Shown here: positions 50,301 to 58,873 of the stretch, one piece after another | Layout: every line of letters begins with the position of its first letter | How positions within the stretch are numbered: position 1 is the first letter of the stretch | Source of the DNA: Patescibacteria group bacterium | Lineage (GTDB): Bacteria > Patescibacteriota > Minisyncoccia > Phycocordibacterales > GCA-2747955 | DNA: 64,000 nucleotides | Assembly: GCA_048538215.1 (NCBI GenBank) | Contig: JBLYPV010000001.1 | Coordinates: forward strand, 467,850-531,849 | Reading direction: 5' to 3' | Notes under the pieces: generated by a model | The model's database searches: none | What the model saw: only the letters and a program-made list of their open reading frames with translations | Told to the model about the DNA's origin: nothing | Program-made: the position numbers and the translations under genes

Positions 50301-50786
50301 TATACTGCTTGTGACCGAGAGCGGATCAAAGCATTTTTGCAGAGCTACGCACCATCGGTGGGCGAGCTCTATCCCAGCTACGATTTTCTCTTCGACGAGC
50401 AAAGCAAAAAAATGATAACACCAGCATTTGAAAATACCCTACTCCGTGCTCTCAATAATCAAGAGTGCGAGGAGGGCGATTGTGGATATAATTTTATCCC
50501 AATTGCAAAGCAAGGGGTGGAGATCCGCAATTTTGTGGGACTTGAAGAGAATATTCTTGGGCCTCGTCGTCATACACTTGAAAATATATATGTTTCACCT
50601 TCAAAAAATATAAGGTATGATTATTCTGATGGTAAGATAGAAATGCTAGAGTCGGGGATAGGTGATGGAACGGTGTTGGTGGATAGTGTACAGGCGGTTA
50701 AAGCACGGAGTGAGTTTTTGGACGAAAAACATTCTGCTCTAATTAAGAATATGAAAGATCAGATTAAAAATTTTTTAACTGAATAG
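47400..50786 (+). CDS. Large secreted protein (1128 aa): N-terminal signal peptide, beta-rich region, CarboxypepD_reg-like domain, C-terminal alpha/beta-hydrolase lipase/esterase domain
   Basis: Signal peptide IVILLFGTGIILPSLCLA; carboxypeptidase-regulatory-like GVIRGVVRSASGARIDYGLVEFTDLTTGEHWSTSIDSNGRYSIALPCGAYEV; lipase nucleophile elbow VAHSMGGLV preceded by IPVIFVPGIQGS. Three bp after the upstream stop. Confidence 0.6.
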   Translation: MFLIDQQKRGKIGIVILLFGTGIILPSLCLAQEVPVATIHSIKPNGHWHDSSTWLEHRIPTTDDVVYVDVPIKMRHQPTIVRGLHITPSGRIDGLGKYNNGYLAVSDYFYNQGSIGRNMFELKLGGWIRALGSIALNKIRLSGGEIELPPVVNHNLSLTRDISLVNQSLKLGGRFETNNRIITLTATSTDLELENPVDKLIVYGTSTINIGREESEARMIVDSIQAASSTVHFQAPNMGINGDVRAEKIYIHHSLKLEESNIRFTGDVYIKPGGYINGEAWRVVHWFEIVGDLINYGSVGPYVYLHLWGSLHNHGSYSNSQGLVLRGDGERNFIGSIPNKVYLRGNQIWRSSPTLYVLDTGGYEITLPQGVGLALSSSNGDLKVAGSGVITYVDPVTPDYQAYARAIYAPDARVIFGAKGSISDDISANVIEIRDRLEVADSLTMNANQVAFIGGTLQSDSEKYKRLVEINTPSLRGAGHLGSYLEAYFNTDIPRGFSAGWNTGIYLRHRADQTGDQFKLASSSESILAGIQDIFLDREPNLREVLNSGKAHYYSYHSNNSWSDIWSINAEYNPFNLQEELARRSYFDFSFVPHQQSGEPFWVQITARDATYAGELHLSAKRGRVSPRRITLSDGSWQGELRIIGEGSGEQLVATGLGKYAGYSGRSNYFGVSQAQALEGVIRGVVRSASGARIDYGLVEFTDLTTGEHWSTSIDSNGRYSIALPCGAYEVKASGASLRSLSLSCGETIIYDIEISRSCVADRRIPVIFVPGIQGSDSSDNPTVIFPELLSYAPRWDSAKLHLHDPFGAVGWKRLQEALEEEGYRYGCTIFAAPYDWALSAQDSAEQYLMPMIEHAKKVASSTQVDIVAHSMGGLVARVYIQGEEYQGDVRRFAMVGTPNAGSAMAYFSWEGGDTEQADSYGGNFFEHLLSKIQQTNQFQTKTTVKNHLIKTGEEKPLCWGFGPPSEYTACDRERIKAFLQSYAPSVGELYPSYDFLFDEQSKKMITPAFENTLLRALNNQECEEGDCGYNFIPIAKQGVEIRNFVGLEENILGPRRHTLENIYVSPSKNIRYDYSDGKIEMLESGIGDGTVLVDSVQAVKARSEFLDEKHSALIKNMKDQIKNFLTE

Positions 50787-50787
50787 T

Positions 50788-51060
50788 ATGAAATATTTTA
50801 AGTTTATTTTGTCCATAGGATATGTCTACTTTGGACTTGTTACTTTGCTAAATACACTACAACAAGGAGGCTCAGGACAATGGCATTATAATGTTTTTGG
50901 CCAAAGTAATCCTATTATCTTAGATTGGTGGTTGGTGATTATTCCTTCAATTATCATCACCGCTTTGATTGCTCGATATACTGATAGTAAAACTCAAACA
51001 ATTTTCTTTTATTTGTTTACCGGTCTGGTCGTCTTCCTGATTGTTGGTACATATTTATAA
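50788..51060 (+). CDS. Small 3-TM membrane protein, paralog 1
   Basis: ATG one bp after the lipase-gene stop. Clear paralogy with the next ORF (MKY.K.I...GG...WW..IPS.I....ARY...GT.L). Confidence 0.5.
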   Translation: MKYFKFILSIGYVYFGLVTLLNTLQQGGSGQWHYNVFGQSNPIILDWWLVIIPSIIITALIARYTDSKTQTIFFYLFTGLVVFLIVGTYL

Positions 51061-51072
51061 TTTCTTATTAGT

Positions 51073-51357
51073 ATGAAATATATAAAGTATATAATTGCCA
51101 TAGTATGGGTTCATATATGTACAGTAACTATACTACTAATAATAAGATCAGGTGGAGGTAACTTTTCCGTTAGTGATTTTTATGACGAATACACCGGATT
51201 TTGGGGCAATACCTACATCCAATGGTGGTGGGCGTTGATACCTTCTTTTATTGCCGTTGTGATTTATGCAAGGTATTTCTCGCGAGCAAGTCAGAGACGG
51301 ATTTTGATTTTGTACACAATCCTCGCCTTGTTGTTTATTTTAGGGACAAAATTATAA
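51073..51357 (+). CDS. Small 3-TM membrane protein, paralog 2
   Basis: Tandem duplicate of the previous ORF (~35-40% identity by eye). Confidence 0.5.
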   Translation: MKYIKYIIAIVWVHICTVTILLIIRSGGGNFSVSDFYDEYTGFWGNTYIQWWWALIPSFIAVVIYARYFSRASQRRILILYTILALLFILGTKL

Positions 51358-51373
51358 TAAAAATATATTTATA

Positions 51374-52564
51374 ATGAATACCATAGAGAAGCAATATATC
51401 TTTAATCTACATTATATCGGGCACAAGGTTTTTATCATCATCAGCATCCTGCTAGCTCCCCTGTGGGGATGGGCTCAATCGGATGTGCCCTTGCCTTTTC
51501 TCAGTATAGAGATAGGGGGCAATACGAGAATAATTATTACCGATCCAGAAGGCAATCGCACTGGCTCACAAGGATATGAAGTGCACAAGGCATCAGACAA
51601 TGCTCATTTGGTATTAGCATATGGTAAGCAATCTATTTCCTACGCCCAGCCAGTACTTGGCAAGTATGAGCTCGATCTGAAGGGCAGGCATAATGAGGTG
51701 TATGAGCTTGTGCTCGCTTGGTATGACGGGACTCAATATGAGCACCAGAGCTATCGATTCTATGCCAAAGCGGAGAGCTCTCGCAAGCTTGATATTACTT
51801 TGGAAGATGTGGGTGATGGTAGATGGCGAGTAAGCTCACCTAGCTTTGAGCAGGTATCTGCTCAGATTGGTAGATCAGAAAAAGATGAGAGTACAGTGTG
51901 GGTGTCTTGGCAGGCACTAGAAGGAGTGCGTAGCTATTATGTATATGCCAAAGAATCGGGGGCGATGCAATTTGAGCGAATTCTTAGCACAGAGGCTACC
52001 TCGAGCGCTACGGGTATTCCCTGGGGAGCGGATGCCAAGCTTGGGCCGAGCTATCTTGCCGTATCTGCTGTGCTAGAAAATGGCCGTGAGACAGCGCTTT
52101 CGCTCATACTCGCTACCGACGACAGCGATGGCGATGGCTATAGCGACGATCGCGAAGAAGCACGGGGTACCAATCCCTATGCACGAGATAGCGATGGCGA
52201 TGGGGTAGATGATTTTTTGGAAATTAATCGCTTTTATTCTGATCCGCTCAATCAGGACAGCGATGGCGATGACTATAGTGATGGTGAGGAAGTGAATGCG
52301 GGGACTCTCCCTAATAGTGATCGATCCTATCCGGGAGTGGGGCAAGAATGTGCCCCGCCTGCACAAGGGGATTGGGAAGTGCACAATGATTGTACGGTGG
52401 TGGAAAGTGATGTCATTCCCGCTGATCTGATTGTGTTTCCAAAAAGCATTTTGAGTATTGCACGGGGAGTCACGCTCTGGTTTGATTATTTGGAGCACTC
52501 GATCCTAGTTCTTTTTGGTGGAGGTATCAAAATGGCTCCTGATGCTCGTATTGAGCAACACTGA
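51374..52564 (+). CDS. Secreted protein with thrombospondin-type-3-like Ca-binding Asp repeats
   Basis: Signal/TM anchor; three DSDGDG(Y/V)xDxxE repeats (DSDGDGYSDDRE, DSDGDGVDDFLE, DSDGDDYSDGEE). Confidence 0.55.
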   Translation: MNTIEKQYIFNLHYIGHKVFIIISILLAPLWGWAQSDVPLPFLSIEIGGNTRIIITDPEGNRTGSQGYEVHKASDNAHLVLAYGKQSISYAQPVLGKYELDLKGRHNEVYELVLAWYDGTQYEHQSYRFYAKAESSRKLDITLEDVGDGRWRVSSPSFEQVSAQIGRSEKDESTVWVSWQALEGVRSYYVYAKESGAMQFERILSTEATSSATGIPWGADAKLGPSYLAVSAVLENGRETALSLILATDDSDGDGYSDDREEARGTNPYARDSDGDGVDDFLEINRFYSDPLNQDSDGDDYSDGEEVNAGTLPNSDRSYPGVGQECAPPAQGDWEVHNDCTVVESDVIPADLIVFPKSILSIARGVTLWFDYLEHSILVLFGGGIKMAPDARIEQH

Positions 52565-52604
52565 CGAGTAGGCAATAGATAGGCAAGAGCTTCCCAAATA
52601 AAAT

Positions 52605-52641
52605 ATGCTAAAAGTTGTCCGGGCTCGACAACTTTTAGCAT
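52605..52641. repeat. Family-B palindromic element (ATGCTAAAAGTTGTCC-GGGCT-CGACAACTTTTAGCAT); it is in a terminator-like position after the operon
   Basis: Read in the sequence. Confidence 0.7.
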
Positions 52642-52863
52642 AAAATGGGGGGAGGTGAAATAGGGGGGATGTATTTAATTAAATTATTTTTTAATTTTTT
52701 AATTTTAGATTGTGTCTACAATTGAAGAAGTGTATGTCTAATCCAAAGAATCTGTATTAAGTGGGAGAGGAGATATGCTTAAGGGGGTATGTATAAAATA
52801 AAGTTCGCCCGGAGGGCGCGCTTATTTATCTAATACTAAATGAAAAATACATTACTAGCTCTA

Positions 52864-53229
52864 TTACTCCCCCATATGAGCAATACAGGTAGGAGCTGAA
52901 GGATTTGCTTCTAGTCGCTCCTTTTCTATCTCTTTGCCACAGCGTACACAGAGCCCAAAGCTACCAGCATCGATACGATTAAGGGCTTCTTCCACCATAC
53001 GATAGCGTATCTCAAGCTCATTGGTGATTGATTCATTGCGAGTAAATGATTCAAGCTCTGTCCCTATCTCTACTGGGTCTAATGACGGTGGTTCGCTAGA
53101 GAAATCATCTTCACGGGCTTGAAAGCCCCCATCAGCGCGCTCATTTTTTATTGCTATTTTTCCAAGCTCTCTTTTCAAAAGCTCCTTATCTTTTTCCAAT
53201 CGCTCTTTATATTCTTGTATATCAGTCAT
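52864..53229 (-). CDS. DksA/TraR-family C4 zinc-finger protein
   Basis: CVRCGKEIEKERLEANPSAPTCIAHM (C-x2-C ... C-x2-H/C). Start set at MTDIQEY. Confidence 0.7.
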   Translation of the reverse strand: MTDIQEYKERLEKDKELLKRELGKIAIKNERADGGFQAREDDFSSEPPSLDPVEIGTELESFTRNESITNELEIRYRMVEEALNRIDAGSFGLCVRCGKEIEKERLEANPSAPTCIAHMGE

Positions 53230-53282
53230 ATTCGCGATTATACCTACTCGTGTAATTAGTGCAAGAAGAGCAAAATATAAAT

Positions 53283-53729
53283 AAAAAAAGAGCCCCAACG
53301 CGCGTGGGGCTCAAAAGTGCAGACGCACTCGGCTAGCCGAGAGTGTTGGCAGCCGAAGCTAGCCGAGCGCGTCATATCTTGCCGACCAAAGCAAGTCGCC
53401 ATAATTTTAGCAAATACCCCAAACTTGTCTAGGGCACGGAGGGTGGGGTGCCGTGCTTGCGCACGGCACCCCGATGATCAGGCTCGAGATCAATCGCTTG
53501 TGGCGACCGAGTGAGCTTCTGTATGGCAGCCATAGAGTGGGCTCGATATTCCTGCTGATTGCTCAACAAGAATCGAGCTTTCCTCCGATACGAAATTTGG
53601 CGGGAGTCTGTGAAGCTCTTCAGCCCCAAGCCCAATACCAAATCCGTAGCAGACTACCATTATTTTCATCATCGTTTTCTCCTTCGCTTTGGTCGGTTAT
53701 TTGCACCAGCAATCTGCCAATTGCCAATG
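53283..53729 (-). ncRNA. Unassigned structured ncRNA candidate (~450 nt) with its own promoter and terminator
   Basis: ORF-poor and GC-enriched relative to its surroundings. Extended -10 TGTGTATAAT on the minus strand (plus-strand coordinates 53738-53747). Intrinsic terminator GAGCCCCACGCGCGTTGGGGCTC plus U7 at 53283-53312. Long-range perfect 11-bp complementarity CCGACCAAAGC/GCUUUGGUCGG between the 5' and 3' parts; several strong local hairpins (GGGGUGCCGUGCGCAAGCACGGCACCCC; CUCGGCUAGC...GCUAGCCGAG). Contains GGAGGAAAG, reminiscent of RNase P RNA J3/4, but no CR-V element. Confidence 0.4.
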
Positions 53730-53808
53730 CGCGAGCTATTATACACAAAAAAATGCAATCGTATATGGAGGGCCTGGTGAGAAGTTTGCTATAATGGGCA
53801 CACAAGCT

Positions 53809-55380
53809 ATGTTTAGAGTACGATATCACACGCCACTACTGCTAGGATTGCTGGGCGCTATTTTGGCTCTCCCCGGTGCTTTTGTCTTTGCAAAAATTGA
53901 TGTACGCGAGATTCAAAACAATCTTCAAGAAACATCCAATCAAATATCCGAGCTAGAGCAAGAGATCAAACAAGATGAAGCAGAGCTCGATCGGCTCAAA
54001 GGAGAAAAGCAAACCCTCTCAAGCACAGTATCCAGCCTCAATGCTTCTCAGTATCGGCTCGAGAAATCTATCAAACAAACAGAATCTACCATACAAAAAA
54101 CAGAGCAAGAAATCCTCACCCTTTCCGAGCGTATCGCCGAGCTCGAGCAATCTATTAGCCAGAATCGAAAGGTAATTGGCACTACAGTACGAGAAATCTA
54201 TAAATCAGAAGATACAAGTGTCTTTGAGGCTCTGCTCATCTATGATACTTTTTCTGAATTTCTTGCCGAGAGTGATGCCCTTCGGCAAACAGGTGTCGTC
54301 CTCAAAAAAGAGCTGGGCACCCTCGAGGCCACCTATGGACGATTGAAAGACACGACGCAAGAAAAAGCTCAAGCCAAGTACAAGCTTGAGACTGAGCAAG
54401 AAAATCTTCAAGACCGCAAACAGGTAGTGGCATACACCAAGCGGAGCAAGGAGACCCTTTTAAAAGAAACACAAAATAAAGAAGAAGTATACCAGCGTAC
54501 TCTGGCAGAAAAGCGCCAGGCCTTGCGAGAATTTGAAGCACAGATGCAACAGCTTGAGCTCGAGCTCAATATTGCTATTGATGAATCACGGGTACAAGAC
54601 CCTCTGGTAGGCTTGTTTAGCTGGCCTTTTAGTAATTGGTATCGTATCACCCAATTTTTTGGCAATACAAGCTATGCTTCAAGCGGTGCCTATAATGGCC
54701 GTGGGCACAGTGGGGTAGATTTTGCCACTCCGCTGGGGACACCTATATTGTCACCAATGGATGGGGTGGTGATGGCAGCTGATGATACAGGAGCTCATGG
54801 CGCTCGTATCAATGGCTCATATCAGCAGTGTATTTCATATGGAAAATGGATCGTTGTAGATCACCAAAATGGGCTTTCCACTCGAGTCAATCACCTCTCG
54901 CTCATTAAGGTACGAGATGGCGAGAGGGTGCGTCGTGGGCAGGTCATCGGCTACTCGGGCAATACTGGTATATCTACTGGACCACACTTGCATGTTTCGG
55001 TGGCTGCTACTCAGGGAGTACAAATTCGTCGCCTTGGGGATGTTATTACAACTACCGCTTGTCGAGACGCACGAGCGCCCATCATCTCCTCAAATGCGTA
55101 TCGTGATCCTTTTGATTATTTCCCCCGCCCGCACTTTACTCTCAGTGAAGTAGCGCTCGGTGATAGAGGCACTTCAGTACGCAATTTACAAATGATGCTC
55201 AAGCACGAGCGTATCTTCCCTATAGAAATCTCAGCCAATGGGGTGTATGGCCCTACTACCGCCAAGGCAGTCCTCAAGTGGCAGAAAAAATATCGAGTAG
55301 ACAATCCTTCAGAATTGGATGCCCAAGCTGGCAAAAGCTTTGGTGAAGCATCACTCAAGCGCTATCAATCTTTCTTCTAG
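53809..55380 (+). CDS. M23-family murein endopeptidase (EnvC/lysostaphin-like) with N-terminal coiled coil and C-terminal PG_binding_1 domain
   Basis: HSGVDFA...GNTGISTGPHLH M23 zinc motifs; coiled-coil N-terminal half; C-terminal LSEVALGDRGTSVRNLQMML...GPTTAKAVLKWQ. Start set at MFRVRY (signal peptide) behind TGCTATAAT. Confidence 0.8.
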   Translation: MFRVRYHTPLLLGLLGAILALPGAFVFAKIDVREIQNNLQETSNQISELEQEIKQDEAELDRLKGEKQTLSSTVSSLNASQYRLEKSIKQTESTIQKTEQEILTLSERIAELEQSISQNRKVIGTTVREIYKSEDTSVFEALLIYDTFSEFLAESDALRQTGVVLKKELGTLEATYGRLKDTTQEKAQAKYKLETEQENLQDRKQVVAYTKRSKETLLKETQNKEEVYQRTLAEKRQALREFEAQMQQLELELNIAIDESRVQDPLVGLFSWPFSNWYRITQFFGNTSYASSGAYNGRGHSGVDFATPLGTPILSPMDGVVMAADDTGAHGARINGSYQQCISYGKWIVVDHQNGLSTRVNHLSLIKVRDGERVRRGQVIGYSGNTGISTGPHLHVSVAATQGVQIRRLGDVITTTACRDARAPIISSNAYRDPFDYFPRPHFTLSEVALGDRGTSVRNLQMMLKHERIFPIEISANGVYGPTTAKAVLKWQKKYRVDNPSELDAQAGKSFGEASLKRYQSFF

Positions 55381-55463
55381 TTATATAATCCCAAAATCTT
55401 TATATAATCCCCAGGTATTTATACCTTGTTTTTGCTAATAGTGGGGGGTACAATAAATTTACT

Positions 55464-57665
55464 ATGCGGATTTTACAAAAATATAGCGTTTTACTAGCAA
55501 TACTAATTGCCCTGCCTCTCCTGCTAGCTCATCAAGCGTGGGCACAAGATGCCCAAGCAGAAATTGAAAATACTATTAGCGATATTAGTCTAGAGGCAGA
55601 GGGAGCAATTCTAGTATCAGGAAGCATCGCAAGCTCGAGTAATAGAGGCCCCTTCTATATTCAAGCAGTGCTTTCCGACAAAGATGGTATCACGCGCGAT
55701 AGAATCCAGAGCAGACAAGCTCTCATCCCTGGCTCTTCTTACGAAGAGCGATTCAAGTTTGGTCTCTCGCCTGTTACCAGTGATAGGGTAATACTTATGA
55801 CCGTCACCGAAAGCGGAATTCCCTTTGATATTGATCCTCTACAAATAAAGTGGAGTAGTGATACCCCAGAAGCCCGCACCAATGAGATCCTTGATATTAT
55901 TTCTTGTGAGCATCAAGACGCCTCAGAAGAGCTGGTTTGTAGCTATCGAGGAGAAGTGGATACTCAATCTATCACCGTACGGCTCTATGATGGTCAGCCG
56001 TATACTGCTACACAAATAGCAGAGACTACTTCTTTGATACAAGAAGAATTAGATGGAGAGCTTGTTTTAAGTGCCTTTGCCAAGCCACAAGAAGATGGCT
56101 TGTATATTTATACAATTACTGATGACCGAGGCACCCTACTACACCAAGGCTCTGTGCGTAGAGGAGCAATTCCTGGATTTGAAAAGGAGCAGTCACTTGC
56201 AGATCAAGAAAAGCAGGATCAGCAGAGATTTTTGATGATACTCGGTGCTTTGAGCCTTGCCTTTTTCACTGCAGTGATGATGCTTTCACAATTCTTATTG
56301 AACCCAAAGAAGACTCGTTGGATATGGATTGGGGTGGGAGCTCTTATTCTTGCTTTCTTGAGTGTGTGGTATGTCGCTTATGCAGCCACCTATCAATCTA
56401 CCAATTATCCGCAGTACCAATATGTAGTGGATGTTACTCCTATTGATGCCACCGAGAATGTAGATGGTGATGTAATCGATACGACCTATATCATTTCTTT
56501 TAGTGCCTTTGATACTTATACAGGCAATGCGCCTATGGAGCAAAAGGTAGATATTACCTTCGATGGCTCTACCTACCAAGCATTTATTCGAGATGAATCA
56601 GGAGAAGTGGTGCATTCTCGCCAGGTCACTATCGCCGAAAGTGAAAAGAACACGAGTGCTCTCAAGGTAGTCGATGGCTGTGGAAGCTACTACCAATTCT
56701 CTGAAGCAGGCACTGATGTATACGGGAGCTACGACTGTAGCCCATACCCACTCTTTAATCTTGATGCCACAATCGGCTGTATGAATCCAAATGCTAGTAA
56801 TTATGATCCGAGTGCTATCATTTCAAGCGGGCAATGTAATTTTGGGGGCTGTATCATCCCAAGCGCGCTTAATTACAATCCATCAGCCACTATTGATGAC
56901 GGCTCATGTGTGGTCGAGGGCTGTGTAAATCCAGAGGCTACTAATTATGATCCGAAAGCCACTATTGATGACGGCTCATGCCTCTGTGGCGGTGGCTCTT
57001 GCGAGGATGTATATGGCTGTACCAATCCTGAATCCTCAAACTTCAATGAGCTAGCCACTATTGATGACGGCTCGTGCGATAATTGTATGTGGATACCGAT
57101 TATTCCTGACCCTTCTACCTTCTGTGCTACCGAGATCTATTACCAAACCAATAGCTGTACAAAAGAAGTACGCACCGTACAAGGCAATTTGCAATCTAAG
57201 TGGCTCCCCGATATATCAGCAAATGATATTTGTATTGGTGATTTTGTCACCCAAACCGAGCAGTGCTCACCACTTGATAAGCCCGCCACTCGAGTGCTCG
57301 AGGGTACGAGCAATAGCCCATTCTGTTTTGCTCCCATTACAGAATTTGAAGTATCTACCAATCTCACTAATTGGACTAGTTGTGAAAAGATAGGTCGCAT
57401 CCAAATGACTCATCCGAGCCAAGAGCTTTACTTGCGACCATCAGGTACTGAGCCAGTAGACTCATGGGCAATTTCACAAGAAGCTGGAGAGATTAGTGGC
57501 TCGGTGAGCTCATATAAGGGAGATGTGTGGAAAGCACAATTCAATTATCTTGTTGAGCAAAAGCAATTCAATGATGTGTCGATTACTATGAGGTCGCCTG
57601 CAGGGAATGAGGCCACTCAGCTTTGTAATATTTCTCTCTTGAGCTTTAGTTTTGAGGAGCGCTAG
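55464..57665 (+). CDS. Surface protein with signal peptide, two central TM helices and a C-terminal array of ~33-aa Cys-containing repeats
   Basis: Four tandem repeats of the form GC.NP.A.NY(D/N)P.AT.DDGSC. Confidence 0.55.
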   Translation: MRILQKYSVLLAILIALPLLLAHQAWAQDAQAEIENTISDISLEAEGAILVSGSIASSSNRGPFYIQAVLSDKDGITRDRIQSRQALIPGSSYEERFKFGLSPVTSDRVILMTVTESGIPFDIDPLQIKWSSDTPEARTNEILDIISCEHQDASEELVCSYRGEVDTQSITVRLYDGQPYTATQIAETTSLIQEELDGELVLSAFAKPQEDGLYIYTITDDRGTLLHQGSVRRGAIPGFEKEQSLADQEKQDQQRFLMILGALSLAFFTAVMMLSQFLLNPKKTRWIWIGVGALILAFLSVWYVAYAATYQSTNYPQYQYVVDVTPIDATENVDGDVIDTTYIISFSAFDTYTGNAPMEQKVDITFDGSTYQAFIRDESGEVVHSRQVTIAESEKNTSALKVVDGCGSYYQFSEAGTDVYGSYDCSPYPLFNLDATIGCMNPNASNYDPSAIISSGQCNFGGCIIPSALNYNPSATIDDGSCVVEGCVNPEATNYDPKATIDDGSCLCGGGSCEDVYGCTNPESSNFNELATIDDGSCDNCMWIPIIPDPSTFCATEIYYQTNSCTKEVRTVQGNLQSKWLPDISANDICIGDFVTQTEQCSPLDKPATRVLEGTSNSPFCFAPITEFEVSTNLTNWTSCEKIGRIQMTHPSQELYLRPSGTEPVDSWAISQEAGEISGSVSSYKGDVWKAQFNYLVEQKQFNDVSITMRSPAGNEATQLCNISLLSFSFEER

Positions 57666-57692
57666 AGCTAGAGGGTGTAGCTTGTAAAAGAC

Positions 57693-57730
57693 AAGAGCCC
57701 GCGCCTTCGGCGCGGGCTCTTATCTATGAG
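57693..57730 (+). terminator. Intrinsic terminator
   Basis: AAGAGCCCGCGCC-TTCG-GCGCGGGCTCTT followed by ATCTATGAGATTTTATTT. Confidence 0.6.
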
Positions 57731-57769
57731 ATTTTATTTAAAACAAGAAGCCAGACACCCCAGATAAAA

Positions 57770-58816
57770 TTACTTGCGTATCATTTTGAGAATCTGCTTG
57801 AAATAAGCGCGCCCTATATACGGGTAATACCACCAAGAAGTAGGCAAATCATAGCGGGGATAATGCAAGAGCTTTTCCCCACCAAAGCCGAGCTTGAATT
57901 GATTGAGCCCGGCTAAGGATGCGTCATCTTCTCCCACACTAATACCACCCCAATTAAAATCTTGAATACCTTGCTCCTTGAGATGCTTGATAATCTCCCA
58001 TTTGATAAAGTAGTAAGCACCTAATTCGCGCTTGCCTCGCTCGGTGCTGGCTCCATAGGGGCAATAGGCGTGCTTGCCAAAGATAGTGATGATATTGATA
58101 GCGTGGATTTCTTGCTCGCTGTCTCGCACCACCGCTACAAATGATTTTTTGTTGCCCGCGAGCGCTTCAAAAAGTATTTTAAAATGAGTATCACTATGAG
58201 TAGTGGTGTGGTGAGCTTGAGTAGTGGCTTGATTGATACAGATAAAATCATCACGAGAGCCAAGTAGATCATTGCCGTAAGCAAATTCTATAGATAGATT
58301 ATTTTTTTGTGAGGCAGTAATATTTCGTCGAGTACTTTTAGAGCACTTGTGCCAGAGAGTATCAATTGGGGCTTTGAGATTTAATAGTGCTTCACCTTCG
58401 GCTTGAGCAAAGCTTGTTGTATTAGGATAGGGGGCTTGGCGAAAAGCTTGATGAGGGCGAGGAAGCTCGAGCCGGAGGAATATAAGCTTGTGACGAGAGG
58501 CATAATCACGCAAAAAATTGGCGAGCTCATCAAGGATAGTGTCATCCGGAGAGCTAAGCCATACAGGGCCGTACGGAATATCTGCAAGTTTTAAGCCATA
58601 GCCGAGGGGATAATGAATGATTGCAAAGTAGCCGATGATTTTTTTGCTTGATTCTTCTTCGATGATAAGGTGCTCCGCATCACGATTGAGCTTGTGCTGG
58701 AAATCTAGATACTCCAAGCTATGTTGCCAGTGAGCAATATCCAATCGTGCCCATTCTCCTGAAGGTGCTGTGCGAAATATATAGCGAGGGCTTGTCATAT
58801 CTATAGAGTATAGCAA
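57770..58816 (-). CDS. FemAB-family peptidoglycan peptide-bridge aminoacyltransferase-like protein
   Basis: GNAT-like tandem fold; signature NWGGIS...LNQFKLGFGG resembles the FemX/FemAB motif. Confidence 0.55.
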   Translation of the reverse strand: MLYSIDMTSPRYIFRTAPSGEWARLDIAHWQHSLEYLDFQHKLNRDAEHLIIEEESSKKIIGYFAIIHYPLGYGLKLADIPYGPVWLSSPDDTILDELANFLRDYASRHKLIFLRLELPRPHQAFRQAPYPNTTSFAQAEGEALLNLKAPIDTLWHKCSKSTRRNITASQKNNLSIEFAYGNDLLGSRDDFICINQATTQAHHTTTHSDTHFKILFEALAGNKKSFVAVVRDSEQEIHAINIITIFGKHAYCPYGASTERGKRELGAYYFIKWEIIKHLKEQGIQDFNWGGISVGEDDASLAGLNQFKLGFGGEKLLHYPRYDLPTSWWYYPYIGRAYFKQILKMIRK

Positions 58817-58873
58817 ATACCAAGCAGGTGTATCTAGGGGCCAATACTGGGGTATGCAGACTATTTATAATTT

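Noticed and set aside
53283-53729. Confident assignment of the structured RNA as RNase P RNA (rnpB)
   Set aside because: Only a GGAGGAAAG J3/4-like motif and a GGUGC...GCACC hairpin resemble type-A RNase P RNA. The P4 3' strand (ACAGAA.CCGGCUUA) and other conserved regions were not found by eye. It is kept as an unassigned ncRNA candidate pending a covariance-model search.
53317-53829. Short ORFs on both strands (65, 113, 60, 70, 73, 69 aa) inside the GC-rich region
   Set aside because: They overlap one another in multiple frames and have no homology. The region has a promoter and a terminator bracketing a folded RNA. One 60-aa frame has an SD-like AAGGAG and is noted but not called.
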